From Styela clava (lineage: Eukaryota): a stretch of 64,000 bases of DNA. The notes below the pieces were generated by a model. The model did not search any database. It was not told where the DNA came from and saw only the letters and a program-made list of their open reading frames with translations. Position 1 is the first letter of the stretch; every line of letters starts with the position of its first letter. Position numbers and translations under genes: made by a program. Positions 1 to 16,031 of this stretch are shown here, piece by piece. The stretch lies in the NCBI RefSeq assembly GCF_964204865.1, contig NC_135252.1, positions 12,586,001 through 12,650,000 on the forward strand. Direction: 5' to 3'.

Positions 1-390
1 CTTATGGATCCTGAAAAGCAAAAATAATTGCGATATTGTGTCAAAACAGCTGTTAAACAAAGAACACATATTATGCAACACTGCAAAAGTGTTGATTACC
101 GATATTTAATCGTGTTGCGCAATCTGTGACGTCAGTCCCGTTTCTTTTTAGCCGCACCTTGTATATCTGTGTTTAGATAGATTACTTTGGCAGAAAAGGT
201 TCCCATATGAATTGAGATGCATACAATTGAGACAAAGCTTAAGACAAACCACAATTACACAGTACTCAACTATACAAAAATTTCTATACAGGAAGCACCT
301 TGGTTACAGCTTAAAATGAATGATGAAATATAAATGCATAAAGGTGATATAATCGTTATTGTAACTAATGAAATATGAAACCCAAATCAC

Positions 391-3300
391 CATCAGAATT
401 TTGGAATTCTTCATAAAGTCTTCTTAATTCCATTTCTTCATCTTCTCTCCATACTGTTGGTCTTGGTCTAACAAACAAATGATACAATACCGGTATGGAT
501 TTGCTACATTTAATTAATGATATTTGAAAAGAAAGTTATATAAAATTCAGATAATGGGTGTTGCTATTTTACCTTTGAATTTTGACATTCCTATGTGAAA
601 TCATAATTGTTTCCAATTTTACCAAGTAAAATGTTATAAAAGTCAGAATTATGATATGAAATATCTTCGAAAAATTAAATTATAACATACTGAAAAGTGC
701 ATATATGGATGGACATCTGTCATCCAATTAATAACCAAGCGAGAAAAGCGAGTATATGCCATAGATTGAATGCACCGCCAAGGTGCATTCCATCTATGGC
801 ATATACTTGGCAAAGCTCTCTAAAATCTCTATTTACCCTTTCTTTCTTTTTAATTCTGCGGCATCATTGGCAATACCAAGATTTAATAATTGAGAGACGA
901 CCTGACGCCTTGTACGAGATTCATCTGTTATTCTTGCAAGAATGCAGTCAACAACATCTGAAAATAAATAAACAATTTTGACAGTCATATGTTCCTCAGT
1001 CCTAGTTAGTTACAGACCTAAGGTTTGAGCCCTCACTAGACAATTAAACACAAAAATCATGATAAAATGTGTACAATGCTATTAAACCATTTTCAAATCT
1101 CAGCACTCGGCCCATTAAATATAACTATTTTTTTGTACAATATCATATTTGCTACACCAATTTTATCTACCGGTACTTGAATCTCTCAATATTTAGAGTT
1201 ATTGGCAACGAAACAATGTGCCTATAGCACAATACCACTGTACTGGGAGGGTTTGAAAACTACTGCAGTACAGAGTCTTGTTGTATAGAGCAGGGATACT
1301 TATCTCTCAGAATTAAATAAGAACAACAATTAAATGGACATTCTGATGTCACTGTTGCAGTTGTGAATAAAATATATTACTCCATAGTATATCGTCTTTT
1401 GGGCATGTACAGCATTCCCCCTTTTTGAAACGCAAAACAATCCCTCCGTGAACACTAGTGGAGGGCAATTTTTAGCATGCTGTTGAGTTGGATCAAAATC
1501 GATCAATCAACTACTCCAACTGTGATGATCGACTGGTCGATCGCGACCGACGTTGTCGGCCACTCCTGGTATAGAGTAAAAGTAGTAACAGAAACAAGTA
1601 CATGTTTCCAAACATTCACGAACTGCTAACCTAATTCTCCATCTTTAAATTCATCATATAAATTAGCAAGTTCTTCTTTTTCTGCTTCACTCCATACAAC
1701 TGGCTTTTTAGATCTGGAAGAAAAAGGTTCAAAACATTGTATTTTCATGGCAGAAAATAAAAATGAATTCGACAAACTGAAATGGCAAAAGACTATGCTA
1801 AAAGGAAACTTTGAAACAAGTTTACATACAACCAGAATAGATTGATAGGAACAAGAATAGGAATTCCATATTTATCTCAGGGGAGAAAATTTCTCCTAAT
1901 CCAATTTGCTGATAGCCAGTCAGTCATTCGCAAGGAAATCTGCCAGAATGTAATATTTAATAACTTGGTGTCTTCAAAATACTAATCATAGGTAATTGAA
2001 ATTCAATATGGAAAATCTTTAGTTTGAATCAAGTCACTTCTTTAGTACCAAAATTACCGTATTTCACGAACCATGAGGTGAACTTGAAATAATTTTTTTT
2101 CCTCAAAAATCGATTGTGCGCCTGATGCATATGGATAAGGTAGTTATTTGGGCTTTATTGCATACATTCAAAACCCGTACCAATACCCGTTGTGTCTTAT
2201 AGCCTGATGCCTACTATGCATGCATAAAAACCGAGATATTTATCGACAGTTCACCCTATAACCCTCATAGTCCGAAAAATTCGATAGGTAATTCTATTAG
2301 CTACGACATCAGTGTGAAATACTTTTATATATCCATTCTTACCCTGATGCATTAGAAAAAGATCCGTATCCTTCTACTAATTCATAGACATGGGCATTTG
2401 TTTGTTTCCAGAATAAAATTTCAGCAAATAGTTTATCATTTTTAGGAAGAACTTCAAAAAACTTCTGAACGATAAATTTTGCAAATTGGTCCAGTTCTCG
2501 CATTGTGGGATCCAGTAATGCACATTTGAAAATCTGAATTAAGATGAAAAAATAGTTATATTGGGTTAAAAAATGGTGAACGTAGATTTAAAATATACAA
2601 AAAAACTTTTTTATGACCGGATTAAAATACAATAGGTCAATAGGAATTATTCGAATGCGCTTACCTTTTGAAAACATCTAAATACAGAAGCTTGAAATAA
2701 CAACCCATACATTTTTAAATCGTAACATACTCGATGAAGTAATTTGACGATACAATGATTGGTATGTTGTGAATTTGTTTTGAATTTTGCCAATAATATC
2801 ACATATGGTTGAACAACCTTGTAGTCTGAAAATCTAAAAGGAAAAAATGCACAAAATGGATAAAGTATGAAAGCATATATCAAAACTAACTTCAACACAT
2901 ATTAGGAATCGATATATATTTTTATTCTGCATAATCATATTCTTTTTGCTCCAACCAAGGCACTACACAAGCTAGCTGCTGCTATGCCAGGGCTTATTAA
3001 ACCAGGGGCTCCGAACTGCAGGCCCAGACCCCCACTGGATTGTGAAATGGCTCAATGGGGGGTCGCGGTAAAATCTTTTTCGAAACTTATGTTAAACAAA
3101 ATATAGATCAATTTTGAAAGATTTGGCACCAGCCAAAGATTTGAAACCCATCATCAAAGAAATAGAGCCAGGATTCTATCCTTTGTGCGAGAATTTGCAA
3201 GTACATCGGCCTTATAAAATATAACAAATTTTTGCTGTAATATAAAATTTTACTTTATTTTTTGATTTTAGTTCCTGAGAGTTGCGAAAAAAATTTGGCC

Positions 3301-6300
3301 GTACCAAGTGGGTCATGATGAAAAAATTCGAATAACACTGCACTAGACAACACTATAAGTAATATTCCTAATTTCAGAAAACTGAATATAATACGCAAGT
3401 TGGAGAGTACAAAATGGATACACACAATGAGAGTTGCAATTGAGAGCACAAAATGGACACACAAAGTTAAAATTCAGAAAATCAATAACTGGAAAGTAAT
3501 CAATTAAAAATCTACTTTTTAAGATAATCATTCAGGTTAAATTCAACTTCTCTGCTTGTCGTTTGAATGGATTCTTCTTCTTCCTCTTCCTCATCCTGTT
3601 CTTCTTCCTGATTTTCTGATTCTTGATTATCCGTAGCAAGACCTGAACATTGCAATCAAATATGGATTACACACTATTGCTATAGAGCAGACGGTAGATT
3701 GGGTCTTTTGTGAATTTGTGCTATTCTGTAACCATGATTTTTCTAAATTTCTTGCAGAAACTCGAAAAGCAATTACCGGTAGTTCACCGGTACTGTAGTA
3801 AAGCATATGCCAATATTTTTGTTATCAAAATTTTCTTCAACCTGAAGTCGGGAGCAACCAGGTGTCAGGTTTAAAATTTTCCGCCAACTCAACGGTTCTG
3901 CTTATAATAACTTGTTATTTTCACAAAAGTAATACAAGTCCTACCTGTCATATCAGCCAAACAAATCTCCTTTAGAGTCGAAACATCGTCTTCCCAAGTT
4001 GATACAGAAGTTCCAAATATGTCAATTTCTGGCCATAGTTCTCTGAAAGTAACAAACTGTTGAAGTTACATAATTAACAGTAAAATTCACTGTAATATTT
4101 GTCCATAACCACATGTGCATCAACAACTGACACAGAAACCATAGCATCAAAATTGTATATGCCAGACGATAACAGTGGAATTGGAAACATTCACATAATA
4201 TGGAACACTTAACCGAAAAACCTTGCGGACGGACTCCAATGGTTGAATGTGAAATTGCATTCACATATAGAAGGACTGACACAAAACCATGGATAGAAAT
4301 TTTGTGTGATGAATCCCAATCGCAGAATGCAATATTTAACACAAAATAATACAGAAGGTTCAAACACACTGAGTTAGAACGTAACAAAAAAAATCATCAC
4401 TTAAACTTACCTTGCTTGTTTCAATATCACGACTGCTTCTGGTATTGTTCTTGAATGAAGTTTGTTTTGAATTTTTACGAGCGCTTTCTGTTGTTGTTCC
4501 TCCTCTGGAACATCAGAAGTTGGATCAAACAGATCAGAAACAGGGCCTGCTTCTGGTAAATCACCATTCTGCAATGGAAAAAATACTTTAAATCAAGACA
4601 ATTCAGCAACTAGAGTAAAAATGAATGTTTTTATAAAGAATCTTGCTCAACCACATATAGTAATGTATAATGAATGATATACATACACGATTTGCCCGTA
4701 TGGGCATTTATATTAGTACGAGTAAGCTCGGTAGTTACCATTCGTTATAAGTTTCCCAGAAAAGTAGTCCTTGCAGAAATTTTGATGCTCATTTTGAGAG
4801 TATTTTCGCGAGTTGGCGCTTACAAACTGGTTCATTATCCAGAACTACTACTTTTTTTAAACAACATTCAAACATGTGCCGCTTACAGGTTTAGTTTTTT
4901 AAATTTTCGCTTAATTTTCGAATATTGCAACTAGACTAAAGCTTCTCAGAGGAAGAAACATTTGATTCACATTTAATTTTTGGAAACACACCTAAAAACT
5001 GACAAATAACACACAAAACCACTAAAACGAGTCATTATTTACACCCATGCTTTCAATTCTATCTATGCGAAAGTGTCTGAGCACTGAGCAGTCACATAAA
5101 TTTTAATTGTTGCACTATTTTCAACTGATTGGTCATTGCTACAGAAATACTTAATCAAAATCGATGCTCAGGTAACATCTACAAGATGCAAGCTGTAGAA
5201 AGAACTAAACTAATCTTTATCCTCAATTGAACTATAATACATACATAGTCTAATCTTGAAAATGTTTCATTGTTTTATTAGATGTCTACTCTGTGATATT
5301 TCCTCAATTGAAGTGATCTTTGTTTTTGGTTGATTTTTTCATTTTCAAATTGGGGATATTTTTAACAAGTTTACGTTAAAGTGTATTTCTTCATCAACTT
5401 ATGTATTTACAATTAAGATCATTCTCAATCATTCTGCAAATCCTGCTCAAATTTCTATGATTTTAGAACAGTTTGTGTAAATTTCCCTGTAAAACATGGC
5501 CCAATTCAGAAAAAATATACCAGGGCCTATTCAGTATTCTTCAGAATGTATTCAAAATAGTGAATTCTGGGCATCACTGAATGTAATTATTTTCCAATAT
5601 TCAATCTGTTTTAGACATCCCTCGGAGATGACAAAAAATTTTGAATGTATGATAACGTTACCTGCAAGGTTGTTTTTACGTCTTCTTCAATTTCACTCCA
5701 CCTGATTGTTTTTTCTTCGTCAGTCAAAGTATTAGAATCTGAAGCTGCTGTAGTTGTAGATCTCTTTTTCTTTTTTATTTTCCTTTTAACTTTTTTCTTC
5801 TGCACTACAATATTGCTGCCTCTGCATTGTCAAATAGAAACAACTTAGAATTACTGATAGGCTGCTAAGAATTCAGTCGATATTAACATGGAATTTCAAG
5901 GTTCAAGGGCCACAAATCATAAAAGTTTGAGAACCCCTGGAGTAGACCTTCTGGGTATTTATTCAAATTTATATTAACTTGTTAATATTTCCACAATTAA
6001 CTTTTTTAAAATAATAGTTTTTAAAATGGAGATCACTTACTTGCAATAGTTTTCGAATAATCTTATAAACAGATGAGTTGTTTGTATCAAGTCATCAAGA
6101 AATCCGTGTGTTAGTTTAGATTCATCATATTTACGAAGCAATGTCAAAAAAACTTCACGATATTCTGGTGTGTAGAAGATATTATCTGAATGGAAGAAAA
6201 CATTTGATGGTAATTGCTCAATTTTAGCAGAATAAAAATATTTAGTATGGATATTTGAATTTGAAGGTTTAATCAAGAGTAACCATAGTTTTGTCGAATA

Positions 6301-9300
6301 TTTTCCGATTTTTATTAATAAAAAAATCAATTCAATTTGGAGTTCCTCAATACTAAACTATTCTGAATTGCCTTCACGAAGAAGGTTAAAGACTTCAGCA
6401 TTTCTTCAATTTTGGACACAAAATGTACATAATGAATCGCTGAATTCTTGTTGTTGTTGGGTGACCGTTATTGCTGAGAATGAATCACCTTTTCTACCAA
6501 TAATTGGGCATTAGATCTTTAATTTGCTTTATTTTAAAGCTGTTCTGGACCGATAGAAGGATATTAATTGTTTCAAAATTCCTATCAGACCTAATATTTT
6601 CCCAAAATTTTGCTGTTAATATAGATTAAATAGAACACAAAATTTATCCCTTCACAGTTCACACCCAATCGCCTACGTCACACTTGTCCGCTTTTCTTTT
6701 CAGCAAACTCAGTGTTCTGGACCTTAGAGGCTATGTTCACAAATTCAAGCTTTGTTCGCATGCAATTTGGAATATGAAAAATTTAAAATTGATTGGATAT
6801 TTGAACTGCAGATATCTGCAATTTACAGGCTTTAAACAGCAAACAAAACAAAGTCTGCTCACTCAATAGCACTTTGGCACTCTCTGCAACAGTTTCATTC
6901 TTCGATGATTGCATTGTTTGTACAGTAAGGAGAAATTCTTTGTAACCTTGCAATGCTAGATGCATCCTGCAAATCGATAAACATACTGATATAAAAAATG
7001 AATGAAAATAAATAAAGAAATAGCACTTGTGTTTTTAAAGTTGTAACATAAGAAAGCTAACCTTATACATATGAGTTACTCAGATTATAGCTATCTGACA
7101 GGTACAGTCATGTAACTTCAAATTCCAGAATATTATTTATCCTAATTTTGAACTGCTCTATCTTTATTAAATTCTAGAATAAGTGCGCTAGGAATCCTAG
7201 GATCCTTTATATCTGCTTATAGTAGAGGAAACCATACTTCGCAACGCATTTGCTTTCTATCATACAAATTATAGAACATTGAAAATAAAATTTAGATTTT
7301 ATTAACATCGAATTATGCCCTGAAAGCCTTCTAAAATGTAACAATCACAGTTTGTGAACCATTAGCCTATTTGAGAGTCAGTTCAATATAAGCGTTGGAG
7401 CAAATATAAAAGAATATTACATTCATGGATTACATTCACATTTTGAATGTAATTTTGAAATATTCGGTTTTGACCATCCCTGATTACATTCCAAACTGAC
7501 AGCATTGCTTCGGGGCCAGAGGGTCACAAATACCTTCACCACATTATAGCTCCACTAAGTGTGTCATAATTTTTTACAATTTTTTGAAGCGGCACAAGCT
7601 GCCAAGCAGTTGGATTTAGCAAGCCTTGTTTCCAACAATGATGCATGAACAATGTAAAATATTTGTATTTTGGAAATCAAATCTATACCTTCTTCCCCAA
7701 GTCTTAGATTCCTGCTTATCAGTCATCATTAGTTCCATGCAGTTGACAATACTGATATCGATGAAATGAAGAGTAGGAAGTTGCATTGTTTCAGACACAA
7801 GATCAATATGAAATTCATGTTTTCTAAGAGAAATAATCTCTATATTACGAAATCATAAAAAACGAAATTTCTTCAATAGTAATTAATTTAGAGTTTTTAA
7901 TATTTAATATTTTTGATATAACAGATTTGAAAATAATCTTAAAGCAGCAATTCACCAAATTTTCATAATAATGCTGTCAATTCATCATTAGATATCAATG
8001 GCAATCCTGTCCAAACAACCTAATAATAATATGAAATTTTTCAGAATATTCGGTACTCACGGCGCCCAAATATTCAACCACATTTGTCACATAGGATAGG
8101 ATTTTCATAATTATACCAGGGAGAGGGAAGATGACCTAATTGTATGGCAAACGACAATCTCCCATCCTGCTACCAGTCTATGTCGAATAATTAGTCAACC
8201 AGTTATTCCAGATATATGGACTTGATGATGAAGCAAGCCGTAATTGACCAGCAGTTACATGGACCATTCTCTGACAGAGAGGGGTTCAGAAATTCCGTCA
8301 CTCATAATTATCCTCCACAAGTTTTGAACATGCAAGCCCACACAGGGTAATCAGAGGTGCATGGCAAGCGTATTCCTACTGCTTAGCACGATGCGAGAGA
8401 ATCGAAAATTTGTGTATTTAATTGTATTGTTCATGATTCCAATAGCCTCCTATAGTAAGTTGGTTTTTCTGACACTTTCTAAATAGGATTTTGGCCAAAG
8501 AAGATGAAAAAACACGGTAATTTTACACCTTACTACAAGACCAAACCTGTTAAATTCCATTATGAAGCTCATAATACTGAAATAATAAGTTTCATCGTGT
8601 TCATCAGAATTCTCTCTGCTTAATTTATCCTTCACATTGAACATCAAATGATTATAACCATTATTCAGAAGTCCGATGCAAAATTCTTTTAATATTTTTC
8701 TGACTTCTAAAGTTGATCGCCTTGGAAATAACATTATTGGTATTGGTTACACTGAAGATTGAAATGCAAAGGTATATGCCAGGGTGGTCCAAACCCAGGC
8801 CCGCGGGCCACATGTGGCCGGCCGCTTCATTTTCTGTGGCCCGCGTCACATTCGGAGTATAATCAAAAAATCGCATCGTGTTATTTCGTAATAAAATTAA
8901 TCAGAAAAATCTTTTGACATATTGTTACATCTCTAATGTCACTGAATTGACTACAGTGTTATGGCTAGCGGAGGCAACTAGCGTAGTTGAATGATGTGCT
9001 TGGCAGTCTAAATTATTATCTGGCTTTCCATCTTTTTGGACTGGAATATATGCTAACAATACAGGCGTCATTGGAAACTTGAAATCGAATGCGGATTCTT
9101 TTAGTCTTGGATGGTTATGTCTGATAACTATGTGTTTGCACAATAAAGTGTTTGTTTTGTATTGCACTGTTTACCTATTCTTGGCATTATTGTGGCCCGC
9201 GGAGCCCACAACTTTGGACCACCCTGGTATATGCTTTCCAAAAATGCAGTTTATTTTAGGATAAAATGGTTTATCTTTACCATAAATTAAAATTTTGTAA

Positions 9301-12300
9301 GTGGGGGAAAAGTGGAATAATTGGTTTAGAGGTATAAATTGGCAACTACCGAATTTAGATCCCTAGTCAAATTTCAAAAGTAATTTTACACTTTGTGTAA
9401 AAACCTCAACTACTATACACAATACACACACCTCTTAACATTCCCATCAATCAATGGTCTCCTATGTTTTGCTTTACGAAGTTTATTTTTTCCTTCATCG
9501 TAAGTAAGGTTAGAGCACTTCTGTAGAGATTTGTGAATAACAAGTTCATTATTATCTGCCAAAGCCGATTTTCCTTTAGCAACATAGGTCCCACCAAACC
9601 TCGAATGCCTAAAAATAAATAACAAGTTAGTATAGGCTAGGACATATTTCCTCAAACTGGGCCCTCGATTCCACAATGGAGCCACGGAGCGGTTCTCTTA
9701 TAGTAAATTTACGGTAATTCTTTAGCTGTGAAGCATTTTTTTTTTCAATAGTGCTCCATTCTGAATTGTTAGTAAATTTAAAGGTAGAAGACAAAAATAA
9801 AGGTATTTGATTCAAAGAAACATAAGTATCATAGTTTTATAGACAACAAATCCAGAAATGTTTGGCACAATTTTTTCCTGATTCATTTTTTTCGAGAAAA
9901 ATCATGGTATGTATAATCATATGTTAAATCATGTAAAAAATAAGATGCTTAAAAATTCCAACCTTGAACTTTGCTGCAATTTTCTCATCTGTCTCCTTTT
10001 TTCTTCTTGTAATCTTAATTGTTTTAACTCATCTCCCTGTCTCTCACGTTCTTGAGCATTATTCATTCCAATCAGAGCATCTACATTCTAAAATTGTTGT
10101 AATAAACCGATTTAGTGGGGCAATGGCCTAGATTCTAGGCCATTGCCCCACTCTAGGCCCTAGAAGCTATAGGTCTTGAACTTTGTGATGGCACCGCAGG
10201 TAAAAGACAATATTCCAATATTACAAATTATGTTAATGTCTAGATCCAATAAATACGATGATTGCTTACCTGTTCTTTGAGCAGTAGTGAAATAATCTCA
10301 GCAACATGTAAACACCATTGTTGTTCTGTTGTTGAACTGGCCAAGTATAAGACCATTGAATCAATCCCAGATGTATGTAATGCTCTGAAAATAACTTTTG
10401 ATAATAAATTTATAAAAAAAAATAAGAAAAATGAATCAGCCAACATCTTTGAGATATTAATTAAAAGGTGGTAAAACATTTCAAGTACATCGGTCGCATT
10501 AAAGGTACTCTCAATTTTTCAGTTTTTTTTAAATTGCCACTGTATTATTGAATTCTACTTTCATTTTTATTTTAGTTCATGGAGAACTTTTGTGCGAGAA
10601 TATGCAAGCACATCGGTTGCATTAAAGTTACTCCCAAGAAGCATTATTTACTGTATTCATACATTACAAGTCTATCATGTGTAGACATATTGTCAGCAGT
10701 CTGATTGTCATCTTCAGTGGTTGGAGGAACATGCAGCAAATTGCGACATAATACAAGAATACGTTCAACAGTGATTGAATCATCCGGTGATCTGTCCTCC
10801 CAATCTTTTTCAAGAATATCGTAAACTTTTTGTGCCAGCACTTTCCATGTTTCGTCATTTGAAAAATTCTTATGCATAAATACATTTAGAATAAGACTTC
10901 ACAAAAGATGTGAATTTTTTATCTAATATGCATAGAAACATGTTTTCATCATTCAAATAGAAAATTGTCATAAATAAGTCTTAAAATGGACTAATTGGAC
11001 TAATCAAACTAATTTAATCCCTTGAAAATTGATAAATATGATAATTTGCTGCCCCAATCCAGTAGAAACACCTAAAGCCCAAAATTATTAGACATTCTTT
11101 ATTCAGCTTCTGGAATAACATCTCACGAGTACCCACCTCTTTATATTCCTGACTGTGAGAGAGAATATCCAGATAATTGTGATATTGATCAATTTCTGTT
11201 GGAATTTTGTTACCATAACACAACAGAGCTGGTTGAGTAAGATTCACCAACAGCCTATAATAAGAGAATTTCTAACGAAGTAAAAGCAAAAAGTGAAAAC
11301 TATAACTAAGAAACGTTGTAAAAATCAAAAAAGTTCCAGGAAATAAATCAAGGCAGTGGAGTAATCTGACATATTTTCTTTAACGCAAACTTATATTTTC
11401 GAGCACCCCGAAGTTGGGAGGTTGAATTCCTTGGTGTTTGCCAAAATAACAGACTCTTCATGGTGATGATCAGAGTAAATATATTTTTACAGGAACTCGA
11501 AAATAAAAATTTTTGATCAAAGCATTTCTAACAGCCATAAAAAAGTTTGCATACCCAAAAGCTTTCATTATCAAATTTTATTTCCATGGGATTTCAGATC
11601 TTCAGTTGAAATTATCAAGAAATAGGAGTGGGGAGCTAGAGTCTTGAGTCCATTTTTTTATGCAACTATGGAACTGGAGTTGATTGTAAATTTACCCCGA
11701 TTCCACAATTCTGATTTGCATTGGACAACACAGAAAAATTTGAGATTTTAAGTCGAAAATCAGTCAGAATTAAATTTTGAAAATAAATCTGTAAATCATT
11801 AAAGCATCCCTTATTAGTAGTTAAAAGCTTTACCTTAGTACAGCAGCACATAATGCATCATCATCTGGGTATTGACGTAGAATAGGAAGAAGGTCATTTC
11901 GCACAATGTGCCCTGCTCCGAGTTGTATGCGAATTTCATGATTATTGTCCTCCGAATGTAGAAATCTTATGAGACATTTCACAGTGTCTGCAATGGAATG
12001 ATACTATGAACATCCCAAACAAAAATTGTTCGCTATTAAAACAAATACCCATTTACTGTTGACTATTGTCCTCACTGTTTGCACCAATTGTACCACTTGC
12101 AGTACATTTATAACACTTGCACCACCATGCACCACTTAATTGGACACTATCAGCACAGTATCATTTGCTCCACTTGTAACAATTTTACCACATGTTCCAC
12201 ATGCACCAAACATACCACTCAAACCATATGTCCCACAGTATCATTTGCACCACTAGAATCACTCGTCAAATGCCTACACTACGAGAGGTCTTAAAATGAT

Positions 12301-12783
12301 GCCTGACATCTTAGTTTACTAATTGAATAAAAGCATATCAAGTGTATTTCCAGAAAAATATTATTAAAACATGATCATGCCTAAAGTATGAATATGATCA
12401 CCGGTAATAATTTTTCTGAGGATGATTAACCTTAGAAATTGTAACAAACTAGCAATATGGGGGATATTTCACTCCCAATTAGTCTGACATTTTTAGGCCA
12501 ATTTCCATACAGGCAGCACTAACATCCCGTGACATGTAATGGCATACTACACATTTTCCTAACACTATTAAAGAAATAAAACACAAGCTCAGCTCAAATA
12601 TGAGGATTATATATATTTGTTATTTAATGATTGCAATATATAGGGATTTTGTAACCATTTTCAGCATAATTGAAAAACACAGTACAGGTAACCACACCTA
12701 CCTATGCAGTCAGGTTCTTTGAAATATCTGTCATCTTCAAGGTAACCCAGAGCATTACAAGTGGCAAGAAGATCACTATCCAT
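391..12783 (-). CDS. TIMELESS: TIMELESS (timeout/TIM2-type replication-fork protection protein), 5' part; gene continues past the window start
   Basis: ATG at 12783 begins [26 protein letters not shown] (cf. vertebrate [23 protein letters not shown]). GT-AG exons in consistent phase: 12702-12783, 11834-11987, 11137-11254, 10663-10868, 10270-10384, 9963-10087, 9432-9608, 8547-8720, 7689-7823, 6863-6966, 6041-6185, 5662-5821, 4411-4568, 3945-4042, 3516-3642, 2665-2833, 2343-2533, 1631-1713, 837-957, 391-467. Hallmark motifs: [49 protein letters not shown]. Confidence 0.95.
1291..1568. mobile_element. hAT-type MITE
   Basis: CAGG...CCTG ends flanked by a perfect 8-bp TSD gtatagag (1283-1290, 1569-1576); subterminal gatcga repeats. 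Confidence 0.75.
2058..2284. mobile_element. Degenerate Tc1/mariner (pogo-like) MITE
   Basis: Imperfect TIRs ccgtatttcacgaaccatgagg / cctcatagtccgaaaaattcg, flanked by TA. Confidence 0.5.
3003..3340 (+). mobile_element. Internally deleted hAT (Buster/Charlie) element retaining the transposase C-terminus
   Basis: Left end caggggctccgaact, right end ...ttcgaataacactg. 3099-3215 translates [39 protein letters not shown], resembling the Buster-type KYRSRL..DL..IEPRF..LC..Q.H.SH terminus. Confidence 0.6.
8092..8395 (-). mobile_element. tRNA-derived SINE, near full-length, diverged copy
   Basis: Reverse complement aligns by eye with 39863-40011 (caagtccat...ggtagcaggatg...ccctctccctggtataattatgaaaatcctatcct) and ends in a (TCCTA)n tail. 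Confidence 0.7.
8780..9226. mobile_element. Young hAT (Charlie-like) MITE, 447 bp
   Basis: Perfect 14-bp TIRs cagggtggtccaaa / tttggaccaccctg, perfect 8-bp TSD gtatatgc (8772-8779, 9227-9234), and subterminal ggcccgcg repeats. Confidence 0.92.
10482..10626 (+). mobile_element. Two tandem remnants of a Buster-type hAT transposase 3' end
   Basis: caagtacatcggtcgcattaa (QVHRSH*) and ttgtgcgagaatatgcaagcacatcggttgcattaa ([11 protein letters not shown]), both similar to 3182-3209. Confidence 0.55.
12079..12255. repeat. Degenerate ~9-bp minisatellite (tgcaccact-like) in TIMELESS intron 1
   Basis: Recurrent ttgcacca/tgtaccac/tgctccac/tgttccac units; these explain the spurious His/Thr/Cys-rich ORF 12079-12294. 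Confidence 0.6.
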
Positions 12784-13023
12784 TATATCTGTGCATTACC
12801 TATACACTACCAACTATGCGAGACACAAAATACAATCAATAGAAACAATCCCATGATATTATAAAGACAGTATTGTAAAAGAATGCCAAACCAACAAAAT
12901 CTGGCCGCAATATCATAACATCGCTTGGTAGATAGTAAACAAATAGGCATGTGAAATATGATAGTCCGTCAGCTAAAGAATTACTAAGATAAAACAAAAA
13001 CTTGCTAATGTAACACAGATATA

Positions 13024-13184
13024 CAGGGTGTTCAATAAGTCCTGTTACAATATCCAAAAAAAATAGTTCTCAATATTGTTGTAAAAAGGATTGTTTCATT
13101 TTAAAAAGTTTTTTTCATTTCATTGAATATACCTTTATTATTCGCCTACTAGTTGAACTTATACAGGACTTAATGAATACCCTG
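13024..13184. mobile_element. Tc1/mariner MITE, 161 bp, between RBBP4 and TIMELESS
   Basis: TA|cagggtgttcaataagtcctgt ... acaggacttaatgaataccctg|TA: inverted repeats with TA target duplication. Confidence 0.8.
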
Positions 13185-14232
13185 TATTTCAATAACCAAT
13201 AATCAGTTGTCTCAACAATTCGAGCTGTTCCGAACTTTTTTACCTCTGATAGCAGCACAACCCGTGGACTAATATTGAAGGACAACATTTGTTGTTTTAT
13301 CCTATTGTTGGACGAAATTACAACATTTAGTTGTTCAAATTTCATTAACCACTCCCAGTTTACAGGTATAGTACAAGAGCAGTAAAACTTGTATGATCTT
13401 CAAATGAACATTTTTAACAACTTAACTCAAATAATTAATTTTTATAAATGAAGGAACATTTTTATATCATATCTTTTTTAACCCTTTGCATTGCCCAATA
13501 ACAAACTATCCAAAATACCATTATCCAGTGCTTTTTGGTATACTGTAAATTCAGTTGTTTTCTAATTGGTACAAGATTGCAGTAATCATGGGGAAAATTT
13601 TTAAACCCCAATTTTTGAGCCCATTTTAAAAATATGATGAAAACTTAAAAAATAGAAGCAATTCCAGGAAAATATATTGAACTACTGTGTTCATTTTGCC
13701 CACATTAAATATCGCACAGATAATATTCAAATATTGCCTAAAATAGGCGTGACCATGGGTAAAGGAAATGACCTGTACATCACAGAACAATAATAAAAAA
13801 CAGGAATACTCAAGAGTATAAAATAAGTGTCACTACGCTACCGAATCAAACAAATGTATTAGTAAATGGAACATCACATTTTTAGAAAAGTTTGGTATGT
13901 TTGATTGATAATTCTGATCTTTGGACTACATACTTGACTTCAAAAATATCAACAAAATTTGAAAATAACAAGAAAAAGTATGCTCGCGCGTCACCTCACA
14001 CTCCTTATAAAATTGCAGCAAGCGGCAGTCTACCTCAATGTGAAAATTTGGGAAGAGTTTAAATAACAGCAGTCGACATAAGATTGATAGCCATGTTGAA
14101 ATATCCCTACAAGAGTGACTGTAAAAAGCTCACTATCATTAGCCACTGTATTAAAGTTGATATTTCACGCTCATCCATCAAAGCTGAAATATTTTAGGTC
14201 AAAGTCATGTTGTGTAACGTAACATTATAGTT

Positions 14233-15621
<1,389 letters not shown>

Positions 15622-16031
15622 TCAATGTTAGTGTAATCTTCAGCTAAGAAAGCAAGAAACTAGACGATTTCACAATGAATTTTTGGCATCTTATCTTGAC
15701 AGCTATGACCGAATAAACGATTAGAACAATAAAAACAAAACAATACATGATTTTTTCACGCTGTCACCTTACCAGTACTATATACTACACAAAATTTTTT
15801 GAAATGAAAATTAATTGCACAAGGTACGAAATATTCATTAATTCATTGCATACGAAAAAGCTTATTGAAGAAATCACTATTAAAAATATTGCAATGCGAA
15901 ATAAAAATGGACAAATACAAAAAAATTTCACCACTAGACTAGACACAAGCACAGACCATATCCAAAATCCGACCATAATAGATTATACCAATTAAGTTTA
16001 CACCAATGAGCAAAATACTGGCCTAAAGACT

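Noticed and set aside
1-10. Possible next TIMELESS exon after the acceptor tttcag at 11-16
   Set aside because: Only 10 nt are visible, too short to verify.
391-12783. Reading TIMELESS as a circadian clock gene
   Set aside because: The sequence follows the vertebrate TIMELESS/timeout type rather than insect tim1; nothing here indicates clock function.
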